Source of the DNA: an uncultured virus (IMG/VR IMGVR_UViG_3300025389_000012)
Lineage: Duplodnaviria > Heunggongvirae > Uroviricota > Caudoviricetes
Strand: one strand, 5' to 3'
Length of the DNA: 64,000 nucleotides
IMG/VR virus record: IMGVR_UViG_3300025389_000012
This document shows, in pieces, positions 57,811 through 64,000 of the stretch. Made by a program: the position numbers and the translations under genes. Numbering within the stretch: the first letter of the stretch is position 1; each line of letters opens with the position of its first letter. The notes beneath the pieces were generated by a model. It worked only from the letters and a program-made list of their open reading frames with translations. It did no database searches and was not told where the DNA came from.

Positions 57811-58449
57811 TTAGTTTGGATCAAACAAAGGTGGACAGTTCTCAATCAACCTCATCCAACCAATCCAATGTCTATGCAATATGTCAGCACTAGCAGGAAG
57901 TTCTAAATCAAATTTTCTTAACTCAGTTCGTAAATATTCAGAGCCTTGATCAGTAAATAGTATTTCACTATCAAATAACGTGCCATTTTCATCTGTTGCT
58001 GTTATTTTATTGTTTACGAAAAAGTTAAAAGGAATAGTATAATAATTAGGATTTTGCGGCCAAAAATTCATGGCTCTAATTCTTTTACCTGGCAGTGAAT
58101 CCCAATTAGGAAATGCTACTATTAGCCAAAAACATTTAGGATTATACGGGAACTTACCATCCAAGATAGACTGCTCATATTGCTGAAAATGACCTTCTAG
58201 TAATACAAGTTTATCTGATTTGGGAAATCGTTGTACACTATGGCTATCAAAAAAATGAGCCTTTACATCTCTAGCATCTAAGTAGGTTGTATTTTGTAAT
58301 CGTAATGTCTCATTCTCGTAAAATTCAATAATCTTTTTTTGATAATCTTCTACTTCAGAATGAACTTCGGGACACAAGCGAATCATATTTGCCATATGAT
58401 TTCCACCTGTGCCCCCGGGGTATACTATGCAAAAATAATCTGCATTCAC
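57811..58449 (-). CDS. Hypothetical protein, possibly sulfotransferase/P-loop-like
   Basis: IVYPGGTGGNHMANMIRL N-terminal loop. Confidence 0.4.
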   Translation of the reverse strand: MNADYFCIVYPGGTGGNHMANMIRLCPEVHSEVEDYQKKIIEFYENETLRLQNTTYLDARDVKAHFFDSHSVQRFPKSDKLVLLEGHFQQYEQSILDGKFPYNPKCFWLIVAFPNWDSLPGKRIRAMNFWPQNPNYYTIPFNFFVNNKITATDENGTLFDSEILFTDQGSEYLRTELRKFDLELPASADILHRHWIGWMRLIENCPPLFDPN

Positions 58450-58450
58450 T

Positions 58451-59164
58451 TTACTTGATATCTAATGGACGCTTTTTAGTTGCAACAATGCAGAAATACT
58501 TTTCTTTCATTTGAATGCGTTCGCTGTTTTCTGGGTCTTTTACATCAGTGGGCAAACTGATATCAAATTGATAATCATTAAATGTATCAATATCAAAACC
58601 AGTACGTTGCAACAATGCCGCTAACATCTGCGGACCTAACACGCTATAATGATTTGGATTGTATTCATGCTTACGATCACTGTCTGGTGCAGGGATTTCA
58701 ATATAAATTTTGCTACCTTGTTTTAGAATACGATTGTACTCCATTAAACTAAAGATAGGATATGGACTATGTTCTAGTGCTTGACGTAAAAAGATAAAGT
58801 CTACACTTTCATCATAATATCCATCACTTTGTGGGATAAAACTCAAGTCATACTTTTTGATAATGTGACCTTTGCTCTCACAAATAGCGATATCACCCGG
58901 ACTTAGTGTAACTCCTACTAGGTCTGTGTATCCTCGGTTCTTCATTTCATCTAAGAAGTAACCAGGTCCGCATCCTAAATCTAAGATTTTAGCGTCTTTT
59001 GGTAAGTTTAATGGGTCGATGTATTGCTTAACGACTTGTTCGGTGATGTTCTTGTGAAGTTGACTATCACCCTCGTCATAGATGTGTGCAGTATAAAGCC
59101 ATTCGTTATAAAACTTTAACTTAACTAAGTCAAGGGTGTTGTTGATATCGATTAAATTTTGCAT
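58451..59164 (-). CDS. Class I SAM-dependent methyltransferase
   Basis: ILDLGCGPG, VDFIF...LEHS, RILKQG..YIEIP. Confidence 0.92.
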   Translation of the reverse strand: MQNLIDINNTLDLVKLKFYNEWLYTAHIYDEGDSQLHKNITEQVVKQYIDPLNLPKDAKILDLGCGPGYFLDEMKNRGYTDLVGVTLSPGDIAICESKGHIIKKYDLSFIPQSDGYYDESVDFIFLRQALEHSPYPIFSLMEYNRILKQGSKIYIEIPAPDSDRKHEYNPNHYSVLGPQMLAALLQRTGFDIDTFNDYQFDISLPTDVKDPENSERIQMKEKYFCIVATKKRPLDIK

Positions 59165-59214
59165 AAGTTTCCTAATGTTGATACTATTACTTATTAGGAT
59201 TTTATGCTGTTAAA

Positions 59215-59619
59215 TTATTTTCCAGTACGATAATTTTTTAACTTACGCTTAGAAACTGGGCTTACTTTATGCACGTGATCTTCTTCTCTACTACGGTTGT
59301 CTGTAAGTTTTGAAACTCTACCTGCACCAATCTTTTTAGCAGTGGCTTGAATAATTTCCAATTCTGCATCTGAATAAGTTGCTAATAGTGGGTCACCACC
59401 TGTTGCTGTAGACTGATGTACCTCTTGTTCAAAATCGGGTGCGCCTGCCATAGCAACACCAAAACGCCATTGCATATAAGGACTACCGCTGGTTCTGTTC
59501 ATGCTTAAGTCTGGCATTGAAATAGCGCCCTTAATCGCACTTAATGTGCCAGGTGCATATAAACTTGGATCGGCAGGATTATCTGCTAAACCTTCACTAA
59601 TAAATTCTCTTGCTCTCAT
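59215..59619 (-). CDS. Putative internal head protein
   Basis: N-terminus MRAREFISEG. Confidence 0.55.
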   Translation of the reverse strand: MRAREFISEGLADNPADPSLYAPGTLSAIKGAISMPDLSMNRTSGSPYMQWRFGVAMAGAPDFEQEVHQSTATGGDPLLATYSDAELEIIQATAKKIGAGRVSKLTDNRSREEDHVHKVSPVSKRKLKNYRTGK

Positions 59620-59620
59620 T

Positions 59621-60166
59621 TCATGAACCTTGTGTTGTTGCCATTACTACATTGCTTTCTGTAGCCATGTCTGAATCTGTATATCCGTCTAGACCAATTC
59701 CCAATCCAGAAACCACGTTTCCTAACCACATTACTTGTGATCCAATGAAGTGAAGTACGGTGTTATTTGAGATCGGATTTGCTAAAATTTGTACGTTTCC
59801 TGATGTTCCGTCAACAGTCATATCAAAACTTGAAACGCAATTACCAAAGAATGTTGAACCATATGCTGTGAATTTCACATTGCTTGAATCTGCACTTACT
59901 TGAGAATATAATTGAATTGTTTGACTGTCTGAGGTAGATGTATCTGTAGATTGAATATAGAATTGGCCTTGACTAAAAGTATTTGCAGGAGATTCAAAGA
60001 TGATTTGTCCTGCTGTGTTTCCTGTAGTCAATACGTTGCTGAAGTTAGTGAAACTGGCAAAAAGATTAGTGAAGTTATCATTAATCTTGGTAAACGCGGT
60101 ACGTAACGGATCGCCTTGTCCATCGTTCGGGGTAGTGCCTATATTAATAATTTCTTGTGTGGCCAT
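59621..60166 (-). CDS. Baseplate/tail protein with T4 gp9/gp10-like N-terminus
   Basis: INIG..PNDGQGDPLRTAFTKINDNF; late promoter at 60185-60190. Confidence 0.75.
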   Translation of the reverse strand: MATQEIINIGTTPNDGQGDPLRTAFTKINDNFTNLFASFTNFSNVLTTGNTAGQIIFESPANTFSQGQFYIQSTDTSTSDSQTIQLYSQVSADSSNVKFTAYGSTFFGNCVSSFDMTVDGTSGNVQILANPISNNTVLHFIGSQVMWLGNVVSGLGIGLDGYTDSDMATESNVVMATTQGS

Positions 60167-60200
60167 GATTATCTTCCTATCATGTATTTATCACAAAAAC

Positions 60201-60467
60201 TTATTTGGAGATATTGTCAAAAATCTTCTTTTGAGTATTATACCATTCGATCCAGCCGTCATTATTAACTGCGCACTTATAGTAAGTTGTATAGTTTCTG
60301 ACTACAACTTCATCAACTTCGCTTAATTTAGTCTGATCGGGTAACTTTTCTAGTTCAGGGCAAGGGGTCAACATTGCCGGCGGAACATCGGGGAATTTAG
60401 GTACTACAGGTACTGTACTAGCACAACCTGTCAATAATATTAATCCTAAAACTGCTAGAATTCTCAT
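60201..60467 (-). CDS. Outer-membrane spanin (Rz1-like lipoprotein)
   Basis: Signal peptide plus lipobox LTGC; Pro-rich; Cys pair. Confidence 0.85.
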   Translation of the reverse strand: MRILAVLGLILLTGCASTVPVVPKFPDVPPAMLTPCPELEKLPDQTKLSEVDEVVVRNYTTYYKCAVNNDGWIEWYNTQKKIFDNISK

Positions 60468-60928
60468 TTCTTCTCCGGTGGTTTTCTAAAGTCAGGCTGT
60501 GCGGCTGCATCATTATGTGCTTTAACGAATTCTACTGGGATTTCACATTTGCTATCGTACTTAGCAACCTCTCTATCAACATACTGTATGATAGTATCGC
60601 CCTTTTGTTGTACGATTTGTTTTCTAGTCAATACTTTAGTGACTATCTGAACATTTTCTTTTTGTGATTCTTCTTCTGCTTTTGCAATTTTTACTTCAGT
60701 TTGAGCAATCTTGTTGCGCCAAGTCATTTCTGTATCGTAACTTCCATAGAAATATACGCCGGCAATAATAAGAATTGTTGAAATGATTCTTACAGGTTCT
60801 CTGTAAGGTAATGTGGCTAACCAAAAATTCATTACTAAACCAGCCACGTATAGACCAATACCACTGAATAGTACTGCCATTACTACCAGATGAAGAAAAC
60901 TATCAGGGATAAAATGAAGTAACCACAT
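60464..60928 (-). CDS. Inner-membrane spanin (Rz-like)
   Basis: N-terminal TM helices, coiled coil, C-terminal Cys; ATGA overlap with the o-spanin. Confidence 0.8.
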   Translation of the reverse strand: MWLLHFIPDSFLHLVVMAVLFSGIGLYVAGLVMNFWLATLPYREPVRIISTILIIAGVYFYGSYDTEMTWRNKIAQTEVKIAKAEEESQKENVQIVTKVLTRKQIVQQKGDTIIQYVDREVAKYDSKCEIPVEFVKAHNDAAAQPDFRKPPEKK

Positions 60929-60935
60929 TGTACTC

Positions 60936-61994
60936 TTATTTAGCAAAAAATTCTAAAACACTTTGTACAATGTATTCAATTTCTCCGTCTGTTAGTTCGG
61001 GGTAGATAGGGAGACTTAATACTCCCCTAGTTAAGAACACGCTAGTTGCTAGCATAGTTGGTTTAACATAATGTTTAGCGACTGGTAGTTCGCTTAATGC
61101 ACGTTCATAATGAATCTTGGTTTCGATTCCTTTACTAGTCAAGTAATTCTTTAATTGGTCTCTTTGTTCAGAATAAATTACAAATTTTTGATCGGCATGA
61201 GTTCTAAACCCTGCACTTAAACATTTGATTGGTAAATTCTTAAACTGGTCCAAATAATATAAACGTGTGACTTCTCTACGTCTTTGCCAGTCATTTAAAT
61301 ATTGCGCTCTTACTAAGATATGTGCGCAATCTAATTCGCTCATTTTACTATTGGTGCCAGGATATTCGTTGTATCCTTTGTCATTGTCTCTATGACGTTT
61401 TGCAAATTCATAAAGTGTTTCATTATTAGTAACGATAGCACCACCATTACCACTGGCATTTAAGTTCTTTGTAGGGTCAAAACTGATTGCCATGCCTTCA
61501 CCAATGTTTCCATCAGCAACTATCCAATGTTGCGCCCCATCAACAATCATTCCAGAAGTTATGTCATACGTTTGCGGTGCACCATAGAGTCCTACAAAAC
61601 ATTTGTAACTTGAACTATCAGTATTTGACATGTTTATCAAACCATTGCTATCAGTATCGCATAGTTCAATATCCCAGCCTGTGTTTATAAATGCATTTAG
61701 TGTCGCAGGGTATGATATATTAGGGATATAAATCTTAGGTCGAATATCAAATTCTAAAGGATGTATATCTAAGTAGTGAAACTTAGCAAGCATTTCTAAC
61801 GCTTGCGTTCCACTATGTACAGTTAATGCATATTGTGCGCCGGTGTAATCTTTTAACCACTGCTCAAATTTATTAGTGTAGTGGCCACCAATCAAGCACC
61901 CACTTCTAAGTACTTGATCAGTTGCAAATAGTAATTCCGCCTTTAAATTATTGTACTGTCTTTGCAGACCAAAATGAGGAATTTGTAAGCCCAT
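60936..61994 (-). CDS. DegT/DnrJ/EryC1/StrS PLP-dependent sugar aminotransferase
   Basis: SGTQAL, DGAQ, SFDPTKNL...GNGGA, NSKM, LSLPIYP. Confidence 0.92.
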   Translation of the reverse strand: MGLQIPHFGLQRQYNNLKAELLFATDQVLRSGCLIGGHYTNKFEQWLKDYTGAQYALTVHSGTQALEMLAKFHYLDIHPLEFDIRPKIYIPNISYPATLNAFINTGWDIELCDTDSNGLINMSNTDSSSYKCFVGLYGAPQTYDITSGMIVDGAQHWIVADGNIGEGMAISFDPTKNLNASGNGGAIVTNNETLYEFAKRHRDNDKGYNEYPGTNSKMSELDCAHILVRAQYLNDWQRRREVTRLYYLDQFKNLPIKCLSAGFRTHADQKFVIYSEQRDQLKNYLTSKGIETKIHYERALSELPVAKHYVKPTMLATSVFLTRGVLSLPIYPELTDGEIEYIVQSVLEFFAK

Positions 61995-62004
61995 AGATAA
62001 GATA

Positions 62005-62976
62005 TCACTTTGACAATTGTGCTTTCCAAAAGTTAGAAGTATTCAGCCATTCATAATATTTCTGAAAACCTTCTTCTACATCTACCTTTGGATCAAATCC
62101 AAAATCCTGCCTTGCTCTATCAATATTTAATGCGCCTCGGCTAGGGAAATCTGCGTCTTTGTCACGCACTTCAATATTACCTTTACCAACAATACTTATT
62201 GCTAGATTAGCCGCATCAATTAAAGTTCTGCTATGGCTTTTGGTGATGTTGTATGTTTTGTTTGCTGTGTTGTCGCTGAGTGAGGCTGCAACGATTCCGT
62301 CAGCTGCATCGTCAACATAGGTGAAATCGAGGGTTTCTCCGGCGCCGTTGACTTTGAGGGTTCCTCCTCTAATTGCTGTAAGCATAAATTTTGCAATAAC
62401 TCTATCCTCGACATCAAGCGGCCCGTATACAGCACTAGGACGCACAATAGTATAATCAAAACAACCTCGCCTTGCGTAATCTTTGACAATCTGTTCTCCT
62501 GCTAATTTCATAATGCCATATTGCCCTTGTGGTTTACAGATGGCATCTTCTGTAACATCATCAGTAAAGTCACCATAGACCATACTACTACTAATATACA
62601 TAAATCTACGTACTGAATATTTTTTACTCAATTCGCATAGATTCATTAATCCTTCCATCATTGTTTTTGCACCAATCATGGGATTGGCGTTGACAACTTT
62701 TTGACGGGGGAAACTTGCTGTATGGATAACTATTTCAGGTTTATGATTTTTGAATAACCAATCCATGCCTTCTTGGTCACTGATATCAATCTTATAACAT
62801 GGAGAATTTTTGATTTTTTCTGTGCGTTCTCCTATAAGATACCCAAGTTCTTCCTGCGGGATTATTCCATAGTTAGTACGGATATCTGTGATAGAGACTT
62901 CATGTCCTAAAGCCTCAAGCCTTGCTACAATGTTATGACCTATTAATCCTAGGCCTCCAGTTACTAATATTCTCAT
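62005..62976 (-). CDS. NAD-dependent nucleotide-sugar epimerase/dehydratase
   Basis: VTGGLGLIG, ISSSMVYG, YGIMK, VYGP, DFTYVDD. Confidence 0.93.
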   Translation of the reverse strand: MRILVTGGLGLIGHNIVARLEALGHEVSITDIRTNYGIIPQEELGYLIGERTEKIKNSPCYKIDISDQEGMDWLFKNHKPEIVIHTASFPRQKVVNANPMIGAKTMMEGLMNLCELSKKYSVRRFMYISSSMVYGDFTDDVTEDAICKPQGQYGIMKLAGEQIVKDYARRGCFDYTIVRPSAVYGPLDVEDRVIAKFMLTAIRGGTLKVNGAGETLDFTYVDDAADGIVAASLSDNTANKTYNITKSHSRTLIDAANLAISIVGKGNIEVRDKDADFPSRGALNIDRARQDFGFDPKVDVEEGFQKYYEWLNTSNFWKAQLSK

Positions 62977-63218
62977 TCGTATTTCAATCTATAAAATGTT
63001 AAGTCTTTCTCTTCCAAATATGCTATGATATCATATTGATATCCATACTTGTAAGTGTCGATACGTCTATGCCATTCTGGCTGTTGTTTACTATTATTCA
63101 TAATAAACTTTCCTGCGTCAGTTTGTTGCCAATGATATATCGGTTCAGCAACAAACAGATCGGGATCTTCAACATCTGCCATTCTAATCGTATGAACTTT
63201 AGTTTTTATAATATTCAT
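62973..63218 (-). CDS. Small hypothetical protein (same C-terminal family)
   Basis: Start at MNIIK (ATGA overlap); ends AYLEEKDLTFYRLKYE. Confidence 0.65.
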   Translation of the reverse strand: MNIIKTKVHTIRMADVEDPDLFVAEPIYHWQQTDAGKFIMNNSKQQPEWHRRIDTYKYGYQYDIIAYLEEKDLTFYRLKYE

Positions 63219-63436
63219 TTGAGTATACCTGACAAATAAATCAATGCAATAATAATATTTGGTATTACTAATGCTGCCTCTTTCCACAACACACCACTTA
63301 ATGTCCAAAGTATAGCAGTTGTTAATCCTGAATACTTGTTATATGGTACATAGTCATGACTAGTCAAAAACACAGTCAATAGACTTCCAAATGTCCCTGT
63401 CCATTTAACATAGAACACTAGTGGTTTGTTTATCAT
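63215..63436 (-). CDS. Small membrane protein
   Basis: 73 aa, three hydrophobic segments; ATGA overlaps on both sides. Confidence 0.65.
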   Translation of the reverse strand: MINKPLVFYVKWTGTFGSLLTVFLTSHDYVPYNKYSGLTTAILWTLSGVLWKEAALVIPNIIIALIYLSGILK

Positions 63437-64000
63437 ACTGCCATCTCGGCTTTGATTGAGCCATGACTTTCGTAATCACACAATTCAATATCACTCATTT
63501 TAAAATCATTGATATCCTTGATACTTTTATTTAACTTCAAAGTAGGGAGTGGTAAAGGTTTACGTTGTAATTGTTCTTTTACTTGTTCAACATGGTTCTT
63601 ATAGATATGTGTGTCACCTGTACTGATAATCAACTCACCAACACCATAACCACATACTTGTGCAATCAAATGTGTAAACAATGCATAACTAGCAATGTTG
63701 AAAGGTAAGCCTAAAAACACATCAACACTGCGTTGATACATATGGCAACTAAGTTCACGGTTTTTATTAACATAGAACTGGCACATAACGTGACAAGGTG
63801 GCAATGCCATTTGATCTAGTTCACCTGGATTCCATGCACTGATAATATGTCTGCGACCATTAGGGTCATTCTTTAATCCTTCAATCAAATTTTCCAATTG
63901 ATCTACTTCAATATGACTTGGTCCTGGACCACTGTACCAACTACCAAAGTCATCACGGAACATTTCATGTTCGTGATTTAGTACAGGTTTTCTCCAATGT
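63433..64000 (-). CDS. thyA: Thymidylate synthase (5' end outside window)
   Basis: RRHIISAWN, ALPPCH, YQRSVDVFLGLPFNIASY, GDTHIY. Confidence 0.97.
   Translation of the reverse strand, partial: HWRKPVLNHEHEMFRDDFGSWYSGPGPSHIEVDQLENLIEGLKNDPNGRRHIISAWNPGELDQMALPPCHVMCQFYVNKNRELSCHMYQRSVDVFLGLPFNIASYALFTHLIAQVCGYGVGELIISTGDTHIYKNHVEQVKEQLQRKPLPLPTLKLNKSIKDINDFKMSDIELCDYESHGSIKAEMAV

Noticed and set aside
1..64000. Stop-codon reassignment
   Set aside because: Core genes are full length in the standard code, and TAA, TGA and TAG (uvsY) all terminate genes.
1..64000. tRNA genes, introns, inteins, reverse transcriptase/DGR, integrase
   Set aside because: No cloverleaf was seen in the short intergenic gaps; terL, helicase, uvsX and uvsW are uninterrupted; no RT or recombinase motifs were found. 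This was checked by eye only.

Overview
This 64-kb window is an internal segment of a large, AT-rich T4-related myophage genome, read in the standard genetic code with most genes on the minus strand. Two-component spanins indicate a Gram-negative host. It encodes virion genes: tail sheath, tail tube, neck gp13/gp14, gp15, gp4-like nuclease, large terminase, a probable small terminase and a tail fibre. It also encodes replication and recombination genes (DnaB-like helicase, DnaG-type primase, gp62-like subunit, UvsW, UvsX, UvsY, gp32), nucleotide metabolism genes (ThyA, dNMP kinase, MazG-like, Nudix) and host-like genes (IscA, peptide deformylase). A dispersed set of glycan or small-molecule tailoring enzymes is also present. 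Six observations stand out. (1) Acidic head polyproteins are punctuated by x-x-E protease-type sites; in one, a Lar-like anti-restriction module sits in frame between two identical 15-bp direct repeats that encode the GVAE site. (2) A family of proteins, including a kinase and a ParB/Srx-like enzyme, carries T4-internal-protein-like N-terminal capsid-targeting leaders. (3) A 191-aa mini-DnaE keeps all three catalytic aspartates. (4) Many genes have a promoter 4-6 nt before the ATG and so appear to be leaderless. (5) A promoter-microgene cassette array has each TGA stop embedded in the next -35 box. (6) An identical 13-nt hairpin occurs in two distant 5' leaders. All calls come from reading motifs by eye; no database searches were run.
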